DNA of 63,849 nucleotides, filler included, from Phoronis australis (GCA_002633005.1; 5 parts of 5 records of this genome joined end to end with filler, not necessarily neighbours in it); one strand, 5' to 3'; counted from the whole stretch's first letter, positions 1 through 13,724 are shown. The notes: generated by a model not told the origin, from the sequence alone. Translations and numbers: made by a program.

Positions 1-29
1 GGACAATGATCGCTAGCCAAAAGGTGAAC

Positions 30-300
30 GTTACTCACGTAAATTACGGGTGTAAATCAATTTTTGTTAACGGCGTAAATTAATTCTTCACTGCTTAAAA
101 CAATTATTAACGGCGTATATTTTAACTATGACGTAAATTGAATCTTTGCGGTGTAAAATAATACTCGATGCGCAAATTATATTTTAAATAGGGGTGTATT
201 AATTTACTTACGCACGTGAATAATAAATGAGTTTGCGAAAATACCAATTTACGCCGCTAACGACTAATTTACGCCGCTTATAATTGATTTACGCCGTGAC
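30..300. repeat. Short foldback-like repeat of a CGTAAATT motif
   Basis: About 7 copies of (G)CGTAAATT-like words at ~25-bp spacing, followed by 3-4 inverted copies (AATTTACGCCG). Confidence 0.5.
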
Positions 301-1034
301 ATATTTCTTAACCTAGCCAATTATTTTTAACACAAAAGTGAAACAATATGGCTGCAGCTTTGGGCGAAGATTTCATACGAAATGTTCAGCGAAACGTCAA
401 CGACGTGTGTCGTCTTATATTTTTGTATCCTGTTGAGACATAAGTTCTATATTCTGTAACGCAAAAGTTTATATTTTAAATCAAACAACACTTATAGCTG
501 TGTTGAAGGCGAATTTAGAGGTAATCCTCGTCAAGATCCAGTTAGTTTGTTTCTTCACCGCCGTAGCTCGCACGTGGGCAGATACCGTTCAGCTCCAGTG
601 GTAAGGAAAATTCGAAGCTAAGAAAAGACCCGAGCTGTTCCTGAGGATGTTAATTGTTCCTAACAAACATTGATGAACACTGATTTTAATTAAATTATTA
701 AGAAAACGACTTGCTTACTAATATTGGAAGGAAAACAGTGCGAGGTATGGAACTTGTACAGTACATTTACATGCAGCGGCACTAATGGCCAATACGTTAA
801 ACATTAGACAAGCACGAATGAGAAGGGGATAATCTACGCGTGAAAATTTATGTCCCAGTTAGCATTCTACCTCTGAGCATGACGAAGTATGTCCCAGTTT
901 GCATTATCCGGGGTGTTGGAAGAACCCATGGTTCGGTTATTATTACGTTTCGTCTTTGCCGCTTTAGACTCACTTGTTTCTGGGCCTATGGAATGTTGGC
1001 CTTGGCCTGCTCACTTGGGCCCTGTTCTTATTAC

Positions 1035-1340
1035 CATTTTATGCGCCCACAAATTTATATGTGCGCGCATTATGCCGTCTTCCCCGCCCGTCCAGCGTCC
1101 GTCCGGGGTCCATGCTGGCGTTGAGCGTCCGGCGTCCGCTGCTGTATTTCCAAAGCCGTTAGATGAATGCTCATGAAATTTTACACATCAGTGTTCGAAC
1201 TTTCGGACGGAGCGGAGTGTCGGTGTGCCCCCTAGTGGCATTTTTATTGTTTTTACGTTTATCTCTCTTACTTCGGTTCTCGACAGATTTTTATAAAATT
1301 AAGCATATTATATGGCTTGTTATCAGCAAAGGTCGACTGC
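1035..1340 (+). mobile_element. Non-autonomous Helentron/HINE-like fragment
   Basis: T-run, short hairpin (atgcgcccac...gtgcgcgcat), CGTC/GTCC microsatellite, then a tcatgaaatttt core; CTCF-like TGCCACTAGGGGGCAC on the minus strand at 1225-1240. Confidence 0.4.
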
Positions 1341-2701
1341 GAACTACATTTTGAAAAAAACAATACTTTTTAGAGCCTCGTTTAAAAAAGGAAAACAGAG
1401 TACTTTAAGTTTAAAAACCCATCCATCCTCCTCAACATCATAACATAACCTGGTCTAAATACGAATGTACTGTATGCTTGTCCATACTCATCCATCCCCC
1501 TCAACATCATAACTGGTCTTAAAATAAGTGCAAATGGTTTTTCACACTCACCCCTCAACATCATGCAGAGAGGGAGACTAACACATATGTATCTCACGTG
1601 CATCCGGTATCATTAGCTCGTAATACTTCACTTCGTGTGGTTTATAACGACCTCGGCAGCAAGTGGGATCACAGGGCATGCACTTTCCAATGAATTTTCA
1701 AGGCAGTACACATTATATTAACCATTTATTACAGTGACATTGATGCATCACAAAATGCAATACTGAAACAGATGGACTTAGTGTACAATACATCCCAGTC
1801 TTTTTGGGCTTAAAAGTCACGCGATACAAATTAACACGCTAGCGGTTACATAATACAGGACACTCTCGCAGCAATCCAGTAACCTAGTCAAAAACTTGTA
1901 TTTGATCTTGAATACAATAATTGTTAAACATAAAGCATTCCATTTATTCCGCTTAAATATTTGCATACGTGTGTGTTTGAAACAAAAAATGCCAGTTATC
2001 ATATTGCCCGAACTATGACAGGAGAGAACTGTCAAAAGCACAAGTCAATCACTGTATGCAAAACGTGCATGTAAATGTCGTCCTCCTGCTTTTCTAATAT
2101 TTTGGACCAGGGCCCTGTTGCATAAAAGTTATACACCGGATAACAACATCAGCATCGTCACCCTTCACGTTGTTATTTGTTGATCGCTGAATATGACGTC
2201 ATGCAGTTACAGTATCAAGTTTATCCAGTGAATAGTCGTTTTAACGCAACTCATCTCTCGGCCAGGGGTTTAATAACCATGCTAAAAATTGATTCTACTA
2301 GAAATTGCATGGCGTACCTCGAGACTACATGTACTTGAGCTCCCAGCATACAGCGCGATTGGTAAAATTTCGAGTTTGAGTTGAAAGATTACACCCATGG
2401 CTCAGTCAAATGGTGTAGCCGCGTGTAGAATATTCTCAAGTCTGATAAAGAAGACGTTTCGAGTGTGTACCTGTTCCTTATAACACCTTTAACTAGGACA
2501 AATTCGCGTTTCTCTTTTACACGTTTTACAAAATTCAGTTAGATTATTGCAATAAGTGAGTATGAAAGTACAAAATCCTTTGCCGAAGTGTCAGTTTTGT
2601 TTTCCGATTTTTGGGTTGGATTTGAACTCGTATTTGTAGATATGTTCCTACGAACAATAATGACGGAAGTGCCTCATTACAGTTAGTATGTTGCTGCAGC
2701 C

Positions 2702-2952
2702 TTAGAAAGCCTTGTCTTTCTCCTCGCGCATCACGTGACCAGATCTATTTCGTGCAGCAACCAACACAGTGACACCTATCATAAGAAGCAAGAAGATGGC
2801 GAGCACGGCCACAACTGCGTAGAAGGTGGTTGCACTGATGTGCCCTTCACAGATGACGTTGTTTTTGTTGTTGCTGTTGTTGTTGTTGTTGTTGTTGTTG
2901 TCTGAATTCTGTTCAACTACATTCACCTCTTCTTTGGTGATGATCTTGTCGT
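2702..2952 (-). CDS. ZP-domain protein, last exon (poly-Asn linker, TM helix, short cytoplasmic tail, stop)
   Basis: Acceptor tttttcag|AC, phase 1 matching the previous exon; hydrophobic FYAVVAVLAIFLLLMIGVTVLVAA followed by RNR; (AAC)n-encoded Asn run. Confidence 0.85.
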
Positions 2953-4500
2953 CTGAAAAAGACATAGCTCGAATTCAGTCTGAAGATTCGTTCCGATTCA
3001 TTTTTATCCACTTATAAATGCTAGTCCACCATACAACAGAGGGCGCCTGCCGATAAATACGTTTGTCCAACCGCTTGCTTCGTTAATCAAACGTCCTTGA
3101 GAATCATAATTCTAACCTTTACTAAACCAAAAGTTGGGTGAAGCAAGACAATAATCTGTGCAACGAATTATAATATGTGTTTATCATTTGTCTGGAACAG
3201 ATGTCAGCAGCCCCTTATTTGCATACAGAGGTCACGATACTGCGACTGAGTGCACTTATGATGCTGTGCAACTGCACACTTACAGGAGTAAGTCTTTTAA
3301 GAGATGCGACGCTGTCAAAAGTGCTTTACAACCAAAGTTTGAAAGATGGAGACAATATCAGAGTAGTTGAAAGAAAGAACCTTTTAAAGAGTTCCGAACT
3401 GAATCATTTGATCACTGAAAACACAAAAATCTAGCCCTGGAATGCCAACTCCCGAACGTGACCTACGTATACTAAAATTAGAGCTTGTGACCCCGAGACT
3501 AGCTGCGAGAGTGCACTGAGAATTTCCGGCTGTCAGCTCGACTGAGTTTTGGTCGAGAATTGTAGTTTCCAAATCAAGCCTGATTTCATTGATTCGTTTT
3601 TATTTGGTCATTATTGTTCATCAAACGAGTCTTGAGATACGATTCCATACAATCGACGATTTCTCGACAAAATTAGTCAACAAACCCGAAAATGACACTG
3701 GTCATTCCTTGGAGGGCACCGACATGTGGTTTTAGGTGGATTCAGGGAGTAATTTGACTTCTGATATCTCTTCAGTTCCAGTCGTAGAACCACTTTCGAC
3801 AACCTATCATGGTAAAGTACATGCCACGACTTTTTCAACAAAGCCTTTTGGTTCTTAAAATCACGTTAAAGAATTTTACGGAAAAAGTACTGTTATATTT
3901 GGACTAAATGATAAGTTTATGCCCTAAAAACAGGTGTGTTTACGTAATTTTCGAAAAAAATTTCATAATTGCTCTATTTATGTGTGCGTGTGTGTGTGCG
4001 TGTGCATTCTGTTCTAATTAATTGTTTCTGTGATAATTCATTTGTTCAATGTTATCTTGTTGCCTAGATGCCGTTTTGGTTCATTCGATTTCTGAGAAGT
4101 AGGCCTACAGTTATCCGTAGTACATGGATTTACCTATACCTGTGAAATAAAATTCAAAAAAATGAAAACTTTACCTTGTAAAAGAAGCCAATCTAGTACC
4201 TCGTGTTGCTGATAGCGTACAGTGTATTTGAAAATTACCACGCTCTTGGCGTACTGTCCCACTTTAAAAAAATCCCACCAACCCGACACCATACATGTAT
4301 ATAAATGCCCGACTTTGTTTATTAGAGTTTATTTATTATAAATGAAACAAGTATGTTTCGAAATATCGTGTGTCTTTTAATTATGTCGCTAGGGCAGTTA
4401 CTGTATCTACAGTATGTTCAATTGAGAGTAGAGTTTTGTTAAGAAAGTACGAACGCAACGGAATAAAGACTGTGGACAATGAAAAGTGTCGTGCATTTAA

Positions 4501-6192
4501 AGGAGAATGCCACCCGATTTAATTAGTCTTTTTTGCCGTCTTAATCGGTCTATATCCACATCGCCCCGCATACGGTCGGCCTCACCTTGCCAAGAGGTGT
4601 CGCGTTGACCTGTGAGGAAGGTGAGAAACGACGCTAGCGACGTCAGTGGTTCATATGCACAGTGAATGCCGCTATGTTGCGGTGCATCGTTCCCGCTTGT
4701 CCGAACTAAGCAGCTGCGAGGAAAGCGGGTATATCGTTTTTTTAATCATCGAGAGTCCGAAATGCTTTGGAAGTGGCTCATGGTAGTGAAGAACGAAATG
4801 TACGCTGTAAATAGCAAGTATGATCAGGCCGTGAAACATCTCCGTGTCTGTGGCCTGCAGACGTCGACAGTGCCTCACGAACATGCCGGCTTACCAAGTA
4901 ACTCCATACGTTCCGTTGTCTGAGCTTGTTCACAGCGCCTCTCTAGTATTTCTTCATCACTGTATTCCTGTTCGAATTGATAGCCTGTAAAACTTAACGA
5001 TCCACCTGCGAAGTCGGGACTGATGAGCTCTACGAGCTCGTCCTAAGTCGGCCGGATTGCGAGTTGCTATGTTGGCGTTTATTGCTGAGCGTTCTGTTTC
5101 AAAATGAATTATTCTCACCCTAACCAATATTTATATAAAACTGAAGCAAAGTCCGTCTCATTAGAAGCAATTCGTAATGCCCTTGGAGTGTTCGTGAGTG
5201 CAAATGATTTGAGAAGCCAGCAATGAATAAATCACTGCGTTACCGGCTTTAGGTGCAATAAAACTAATTGACGGTGCACCGGCCGAGGCCGTGTGAGCTA
5301 ATGCTAAATTTCGTGTTTGCTGGCAGAAACTGTTGTGAAACAACTCGATTTCCATCTCACGGACAGGTGTTAGGGGAATCTTTAGTACATTTACATTACT
5401 CAAATAATGATTGTCAATGTACAACTTCTGCCCTGACGGTGCTGTGGCCAAAGCGCGAACATGAATTCGCGGCCCCCGACGAGTAAGTAGATTTGCAGTT
5501 TCGTGGCTAATTCACCAACATAAACAGGTGCACATTACTTTGGCTCACTAGTATAGTACTTTCTTGACTTGAAGTTTAGTTTCCACTGAACTTTGGCTGG
5601 TTTATGTTCGTGATGTCTGATCAGTTTCCGAGCCACTGGCCGGGATAACGAGTCAATCCGGCCGGCCGCGACGGGCCTGATCGGGCTCCGAGCCACTGGC
5701 CAGGCTAACAAGCGTTTTGTGTTTAGAACTCAAAAAATCACAAGTCTAAACAACACAGATCTAGGTTCTCCTGTCTGTATCTCACGGAAAATACTTCGAA
5801 ATTATCTCCGAACAGACCCCAAACTCCTGCTACGGACCTTATTGGCCTGCCGAACTTTGTAGGCTACGGTGTGTCCAAATACCAATAAATCCGTAAGAGC
5901 GAAATAAAACAACACGTTTTTATAAGAACTCGGTGTATTTTTAAGGGTTTTACATCGAAGTTTGATGATTTATTGGTGTTAAACGATGACTTCAAGCGAT
6001 AAGCTGACACCAGTAACCCGTGTTGTGAACTGCTGAACAGACTGCGTGTGAAACCGATGACGTCATTGGATAATTTCAACACCTCCGTCTGCCGTCAGGT
6101 GTCAGGTAACGCAACCGTACGTGTCGTGATGGAGTAGAACTACTCGATCTAAATTGATACAAATTAGGTTGTTTTTTGGGTGGCATGCTCCT
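4501..6192 (+). mobile_element. Kolobok-like DNA transposon derivative with THAP-like relic
   Basis: TTAA on both flanks; TIR AGGAGAATGCCACCC / AGGAGCATGCCACCC (14/15); ORF 4666-4923 MPLCCGA..RF..KWL..LRVC..IRSV resembles a degenerate THAP zinc finger. Confidence 0.65.
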
Positions 6193-7935
6193 TTAACAAC
6201 TTGTGTATAACCGAAAACTTGCTCCCGAAGTACAGTCAGAGTTTATTTCTAAACTTTTATGGAAAGTCCTTCACAGCAACCAATGTGATGAGCTATCCAC
6301 AGTACATTTTAAAGCTACGTGATAGATGTTTGCTCATTTTCGTGGATAAGAAAACCTTTATTTGCAAATTTCGGATAAATACTTGGAGTGGTTAATCACG
6401 TTTTTCACGGTGAATACCACTGCATTGGAAAAATTACTGAACAATGTATTAATTGCATCAAACGGCACCAAAGGTCCAATTAAGCATAATATACAAAGAT
6501 GTATAATTTTTGGGTAAATGCCAGACTAAATTATCCACAGCAAGTGTGAGGAATCCATATTATAAAACCTGTGTCTTTATAGGGTATCTTTTGAATCATT
6601 AACATTATTTCCTCAGTGGCTTCATTAGTCATGTTTCATTTCCTTTTTTGTTACACTTACACCCTCTTATTATGAGGATTTCGGTAATCTTTATGGTTTT
6701 TAGAATTCAAATAAATATATTTTTAAACAGGCATACTTGTAGGATATCAATAATTTGTCTTTTGCTTCTTGAATAATCACCAAGAACTGGCAAAGGGCTT
6801 TCTAATGATATTGCTATTTTACAATTCAGTTCAAAACGGCAGAGCTTTTACAAGTTTTAATGCCAATAAATTCGACACCAAGTACAGACACCGGAACAAA
6901 GGAATATAATCAACTCTCACGCATGCGTGGCGCAACCTCAGGAATACAAACAACCGCAGCGGCTGTGATGGAGTTGGCCCAAAAACGGGTCACCATCTTG
7001 TTTCAGCATTCACTTCCGGTAAGCAAACACGAATGACCGACACAGACTGTGCTATTTTACAACATTAGGTGATTGAGGTAATCATGTGATCCGGCAACGG
7101 TTGCGCCAACTGTATGGTCCTGGAGAGTTGAGAAGGATCAAGTTTGGCCAGGTACTAGTTTTCGACATGCTTAAGTATTTACAGAGACATGTAAATATGG
7201 TCTAATTACTGCCTGTACTGTTGTTTTTTAATTTTTGACATTTTAATGTTATTTGACTGGCTCCAAAACATTGAAATGACATGCTAAGCAAGCAAATTTA
7301 GTAGTGAAAGTCAAATTATATTAATTCAGTGTAAGTGAATATATGATGAAGATTATGGCCTTTCCTTGGGCCAGTTGCGTCATTATCTATTGTTACACGC
7401 CGGTTTGCCTTCCTATGAATCCGATATTTTCAAGTATTCTCAAATGGGAAGTATATGACAGTTGAAACGGTCATGAAAACCAAATATTACCTGCTATATG
7501 TTCAAACACAGGACATCAGCCTAATGACATGAGGCCCAAACAACCAAAAACGTGGTAGCCCAAAACAACAAAACGAGAAATATACAGACTGGTTGATTCA
7601 AGACATTTGACTACAATAAGCTGGTCTTCTAAATAAGAAATTAGTTACACTTAAGTGAAATTTGATGCACGGTGAAGGTCGGAAAAATATCTCTACCATC
7701 CTATCCCAAAGTACCCTAGGGGATTTTACCAATCTAAAGTAACCTTCTACGAATTGGTATTTTGGCGTGAAAATTGCAACATTTGCCCCCTACATATGCT
7801 AGACGAACCTACATAAGCCTACAACCTCCACCCCCCAGCCCCACTGAAGTTGACCTGAAATGGTACCTATGACAGGGCAATATTTGATATATGTATATCA
7901 GTGGTAAGAACCGATAAGAATAAACTCTAACTCAC

Positions 7936-8035
7936 CATTTGAAGAAGTGACTGGAATGCTCAAAGTAAATACACGTGACACCGTGTCTTTGTCATTAACA
8001 GACCTCTTCTTGCGGGTACCGCACGAACTTCCATC
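7936..8035 (-). CDS. ZP-domain protein exon (last Cys, furin site RKKR, external hydrophobic patch)
   Basis: ttcag|GAT...AAT G|gtgag; DGSSCGTRKKRSVNDKDTVSRVFTLSIPVTSSN; phases 0/1 fit neighbours. Confidence 0.85.
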
Positions 8036-9439
8036 CTGAAACAAACGAGGTAAGAAACATTGTAGAGGGGTTTCGTCTATTAGTGGAGTGCAGCAAACCA
8101 ACAATATTGTCACCATGTGAGAAGTTCACCCGCTGTCCGGATGGAAGCTCTCCTATGTTATGAGTTATGAAAGCAAAGCTACCCAGTGATTTCGCCCTTA
8201 AAGATACTGTTTACCGTTTCATTTTTATTAAATACCTCATGAAACGGATCTTTACGCAAACAACTTTATTCGAAACCTAAGCTCAAATAATGCTCTTTAG
8301 ACATGACATCGATTTTTTCAAAATAAACTGAATTTGAAACAGTTTTTTTAGTTTAGATTTTATTTTGGTATGATGCAACAAGAAAAGATAGATTCTGCCT
8401 TACTACGTGACCACCGTTCAAAAATAAGTGCGTGGCCAAAATTTATGGAAATGAAGACTTAAATAAGACACAATCTTAGTCGATCGTTCATTTTTTGGGG
8501 AAACGTCTCGGCAATATTTCTGGCGCACGATCTGACCATTATTTTGTCAGACATCTTAGTTAAACAGATGGTTGAATGAACTTCCTCGCGGAGAATAAAA
8601 TCGTGAAAATTTCAAGAAAAGGGAAATTTATGCGTGCGACATGTGTTACGTGATTAGTTTCTACTTTGTTGGTAAGAAAAGATTCATAATCAAAGTGGGT
8701 GTTTTGTTAAAAAAATGCGGCTATTGTATAAAATCTAAAAATCGGAACCCGCTTTGTTAAAAATTGAATGGATTTTGATTTGACACGTTTTAAGAAAATA
8801 ATGACAGAGTTTAAATGATGTTTATTGACTAAATCGGAGGTTACATTTGAGGGCCTTTAACCTTTCTGGAACTCGACATTGTTTAGACTGTGTATAACGT
8901 TACTTCACAACTATTTTAAATAAAATTGATGTCATTTGTAGAACTGTATGCTGGCATCTGTTTACTGAAAATGGTCAAGACTTGACAATTTGGGAATGAG
9001 CGATGGATATATAAGTAGCGATGGGAGCAATTTAATTATTGCCTTGGCTACATCTTCCTAGCTAGGGATTGCGTGTTATTTATTGAAACTGACTTTGTTT
9101 CTGTTGATCTCCGGTATCTAAAGCCACAATGGTGAACGGTTACAGCACCTTGGTAAATTGTTAGGAATTTAAGGAATTTAATCGTTTGTTGGCAAAACAT
9201 TGTGTCCAATTTCCAGATAATGGCTGTTGTATGGAGGAAACATTAAAAACTACCTGAGAAGAGACTCTCAATGAGAAAGCAGAAGTGATAACAGTCGCCA
9301 TGTGACGAGACTGGCTAGTCCACGAGTCGGATCACTAAGAACTACCACAGTTAGGTCATAAAAATTGGTGACATATCGCGAGTCCGCTCAAAATAGTTCC
9401 ACACAGAGTCAACTTTTGAAATAGGGTAGCACAAGAAGC

Positions 9440-9562
9440 GAATCACGATTATCAAGGACATAATCCCGTTATTAAGGACATAATCACGTCATCAAGGACA
9501 GAATCATGTTATCAAGGACAGAATCACGTTATCAAGAACAGAATCACGTTATCAAGAACAGA
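9440..9562. repeat. 20-bp minisatellite, ~6 copies
   Basis: AATCACGTTATCAAGGACAG tandem units. Confidence 0.9.
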
Positions 9563-9919
9563 AATGCTCACTTGTCATTGCTACATAATGCTCCATATAA
9601 CAGGATTATGTCGTACTTTAAATTACCTCGAGTGACTAAATGACCAGATATCAGTAAGATAAAAATACAAGTTAGTGCCGGCTTACGACGTTAATGGTAG
9701 TAGGAACAGCGACGACGTCAAAGAAGAAACTGAAACATGTGACCCCACAACGCCATCTACCGCCAACTGAGGATTTTGCCACAGTCAGCAAAAACTACGA
9801 CCCAGGACGACGCTGACGATCGAGATGACAAATACGTGGCCATGACAACAAAAATTGACACCGACCGTGAAGTTCACTACTTTAGCGAGAGCGATGATTT
9901 AACCCCGCGGCAACGATGA

Positions 9920-10535
9920 TGTTGTTACTAACATTAGTAAAGTAGCAGAAGCTAATGATCACACTAACATTAGTAGTGTAGTGTTGGTAGCTGTCACTAA
10001 TATAAGTAGTGTGGTAGTAGAAGCTGTCGACCACTATCATTAGTAGTGTAGTAGCTGTTGATATCACTCACACTTTAGTAGAGTAGTAGTAGACTAGTAG
10101 TAGTGGTAGTAGTAGCTGTCACACACATGAGTAGTGTACTAGTAGTTGGTGTCACAAAAATAAGTAGTAGCAGCAGAAGCAGCATCAGCAGCAGCAGTAG
10201 TAGTAGCTGTCACTAATAATAGTAGTAGTAGTAGTATTAGTAGCAGCAGTAGTAGTAGTTGTTGTTACTAACATTAGTAGTGCAGTAGCAGTAGCTGTCT
10301 CAAACATTAGTAGTGTAATATTGGTAGTTGTCACTAATTTTAGTAATGTAGTATTGGTAGTTGTCACTAATTTTAGTAATGTAGTATTGGGAGTTGTCAC
10401 TAATTTTAGTAATGTAGTATTGGGAGTTGTCACTAATTTTAGTAATGTAGTATTGGTAGTTGTCACTAATTTTAGTAATGTAACAGTAGTAGTTGTTACT
10501 AACTTTAGTAGTGTAGTAGTAGTATCTGTCACTAA
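9920..10535. repeat. TAG-rich minisatellite with homogeneous 33-bp units at the right end
   Basis: TTGGTAGTTGTCACTAATTTTAGTAATGTAGTA repeated ~6 times; degenerate (TAG)n units to the left. Confidence 0.9.
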
Positions 10536-11665
10536 CGACGGTTATAGCCTAAAGTCTCCTAGAGTACGCTGAAAGCAACGGTTTATACTCCAAAGCACGG
10601 CCGAGCTATGCCTCAGGAAGCAAGACTTTGGAAAACGATCGCCACACCTTGGGCTCTGTTTGTACCAAAACAACAAGTCCTATCTTGGGCTCTTTAAAAA
10701 TCACAAGAGGTGTTCAAATTTCATGTTTATCTGCTAAAAATGTGGTTCAACAGAAAAGAACGCAAGGAATGACCAGCCAATAAAAGAACAGTGGTCAGAA
10801 ACCCCGAAAATTAGTGTTATTTCGCTATTTTGAAAGACGTTGGAATAGCTCCATCAGCGGATTAAAAAGGGTTTTTACATGTTTATACGTTTACAACGGA
10901 ATTCCTTAAGAAAAGTTTTGTTATTAATTGAAATGAATAATTAATGTACAGATGGCACACTGAGCATGGAACAAGTAGTCTTTTTGGCAGTCATTTCGGA
11001 TTCCAATACAGCTGCAGATATTTATTCCAAGTATGTCGCTGATGGTATCACATATGTTCAAGTTACAACAAATCACTTCCAAAAGATTACTGAGGTTTTA
11101 CTTTATCTAACGCTGGTAACTGATATGGATAGTGGCGGCCAGACTATAAATCCAAGGAGGTGACTATACTTGGGGGCAGATCACGTGACTACGGAACTTT
11201 TTGAAAAGAGCATGGAAAATTCCACTAGTAATTAAAGGTTCTCACTCAATTCACAAAATGAAAGAATTTCCCTTAACTGTCTATGGTATACAATAAGTGG
11301 AATGAGTTGCGTGAACGTAAGAATCATGTACAAAGACCACGTAAAATTGTGCAAGTATGCTTGGGAAGTTACAAGCAAAATGGTGGACATTGGAGTGTGT
11401 ACATGTATTCGCGATGTAGTCTCCGATTGTAATTGTGAGGCATTTCATGAAACACTCAGTTGCCATCATTCTTCGGTATGCCGTTGTGTTAAATACGTAT
11501 ATCATCTCATAAACCAGAAAAGAATGGATTTCAAAAATTAATCAACCAGGGGTTGAGAATAGGCTATCGAGTAGCAAGGTAGTAACGTACCACGAGTTTA
11601 CTTTTTAATCAGACAATTCCATCACTGCTGTACATGACTAGTTGTTACCGGAACTGTGACTGATA

Positions 11666-11827
11666 CAGTGCTGTAGTGGTAAAATTAAAGTTAAGTAGGC
11701 GCCCAAAGCCCACCGTACCACTTTGAGCACTGAACGTAACTTACGGTGCGTAGGCCTAGGCGCTGCCTTCAAGTGTCAAAAGTTGGTTGGCTGCGCTTAC
11801 GTGCGCCTAAGCCCCACTACAGCACTG
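11666..11827. mobile_element. hAT-like MITE
   Basis: Perfect 14-bp TIR CAGTGCTGTAGTGG / CCACTACAGCACTG; imperfect, slightly offset g(a/g)ctgata flanks. Confidence 0.7.
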
Positions 11828-12058
11828 GGCGGCTGATAATAGGAGCTAAAGGTCTGCCACGAGCATGTCAAGATAGTGATGATGGTGATGTCAGATGATC
11901 ATTGTGACGACTTGATGACAACGCTCACGGTGACAATGACGTCGATGATGACGATAAAGACAACGGTGGCGACGAAGAGGCTGATGATCACAACACCGTG
12001 AAGTTGATGATGCTGAGGGTGGTGGTGATGATGAGGCCGAAAATTAAAGAAGGCGTAC

Positions 12059-12218
12059 CTGCATTTTTTTGTCCTTGAAGAAGGTCATCTTGACTCTAAG
12101 TTTGACCGTGCTTTGTCGGTAAAATCTGAAGGCACTGAATTCAATGTATATATTGGACGTAGTTGCATTTGTTTCCGGCACTTTCGCATTTGCATGAGGT
12201 ACATCGGTGCTTACACAT
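12059..12218 (-). CDS. ZP-domain protein exon (ZP-C)
   Basis: ttttcgcag|A TGT ... CAG|gtacgc; CVSTDVP...IYIEFSAFRFYRQSTVKLRVKMTFF with the ZP-type FxAFRF motif; phases 2/0. Confidence 0.85.
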
Positions 12219-12975
12219 CTGCGAAAAAAATACAAGACTTAGACATTTATCAACCGTGAAATGCATGGTGCCTAAGTAGTTTAAAAAGGGCTGATTACAC
12301 TTTGGGCGACATGAAGCTTTATCTGTTCTGAGGCAGCTCCTTAGATGAGACCTCTAATTCATTAAGCTTGCGAATATGAGTAACCGTGCCCTTACCACAC
12401 ACAGACTTTCAAAACAGAGATCCACGCTACAAGGCAAGCAGATCTTACCCAATTGTTAGCCATTTACCGCACCCTGGTCATAATTTTGTACCCGTCGTTC
12501 ACGCACTCGTTCTCTTTGACACCAGGCATGATTGCGGTCCAGAAAGCACTACCCTCGCGAGGCTCAGTGTTGAAAAACCTTCGCTCATGGAACAAGAACG
12601 GTGGATTATATCTCATTCAACATCCCAGACTCGCAGACCAATCATTGGATTTCGTTTCGTAGACGTACATGTAAACTGAAAACTTTGTCCTTCTCTTGTA
12701 ATCCATGGCGACATTTCGCGAAGTCTTATATGTTCTTGCGTTTTTGCGTGTTCTCTGGGGTGTTTGGAACGCCTCCCACTGCATGACAACGGCCTCCCAT
12801 GACAGCAACTTACCACCACAGCGACATTTGTTTCCTACTTGATAGAATTCGATGAAAATCCAAATTGAGCAACTGGCATGGGCTGCGTTGTGTCCTGCTC
12901 GTTTCGCATTGCAAAGCAAGCGACGGTCATGTAATCTCATTCGCCTGTACTCTTGAGTATACATTCCCCACTTAC

Positions 12976-13051
12976 CTATTCTTGATCAGATACATCGTCT
13001 TCCCTCTTGGAGAAATGGAGTATACGTCATCAACCAATGAGCCCTTGTAAA
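12976..13051 (-). CDS. ZP-domain protein exon (ZP-C, LIKNR-C motif)
   Basis: tactttcag|TT ... AAT AG|gtaag; (L)YKGSLVDDVYSISPRGKTMYLIKN(R); phases 1/2; joins the next exon to give the LIxNGC-equivalent; absent from the ORF track. Confidence 0.8.
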
Positions 13052-13320
13052 CTGAAAGTAATCTGACAGCATTAGCAACATCGTCTTTATCCTACCTTAC
13101 AAGTATATTCTCAGTGTAGACAGTTGATGCCTAAAGTGTACGTTTAAAGCCAGCATAGATGTTTTGTCTCACTTTTTCCTTACCCAGATTTGAGATGATT
13201 TTAAGGCTCAAAAATACGGATTGCCACTTCCATCTCGCTGTCCATGAAATGCATGATAAGTTGGGTTGCTTCATGCGTCGAGCACGGTCAGAATCTGAAA
13301 GTTGGCTTCGTGAGTGTTAA

Positions 13321-13724
13321 AGCCTAACTTCAACGGCATTTTGTTATTTTAGATGTATTGGGTTATGGTTCATGTAGTCCTAGCAAAACCTTAGTGAAAT
13401 AAGTTAATGCGAGTTCAAACGTAAGCCCGTCTAATGATAAGTGAGGCTGCCTTTCCGTGCCCTGTTGCGTCAATACGAGATCCCAGCACAAACAACAAAA
13501 GGTTGTATTGAATAGAGATCTGAATAGAACACCATTGGGTTCGGGTGTTATTAGCAGCAGTTCGAATTAAAAGGTGATTCTCGCGGTGACGTAGACAAAA
13601 GCAACCCAATACGCCTAACAGTTCGCTATGTTTGGCAATTTATGGCACTAGTGCAGGGCTCAGAGTGATGCTCCTAACACTCTGTAGGAACCAAATTTAC
13701 ATATGCTACCGTTGAAGATAGGCT
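13321..13724. mobile_element. Kolobok-type MITE (404 bp)
   Basis: TTAA flanks; TIR AGCCTAACTTCAACGG vs AGCCTATCTTCAACGG (15/16). Confidence 0.7.

Noticed and set aside
5015-5050. CTGATGA + hairpin resembling a hammerhead ribozyme core (weaker cases at ~641 and ~45322)
   Set aside because: No GAAA after helix II at 5015 or 641; the Penelope copy at 45322 has CTGATGC instead of CTGANGA; no convincing stems I/III
10185-10572. Mucin-like Thr-rich ORF
   Set aside because: Translation of an intronic 33-bp minisatellite; the ZP exons splice in phase without it
12440-12680. Protein-like minus-strand frame (MRYNPPFLFHERRFFNTEP...)
   Set aside because: Interrupted by stops, no family recognised, and not needed for the ZP model
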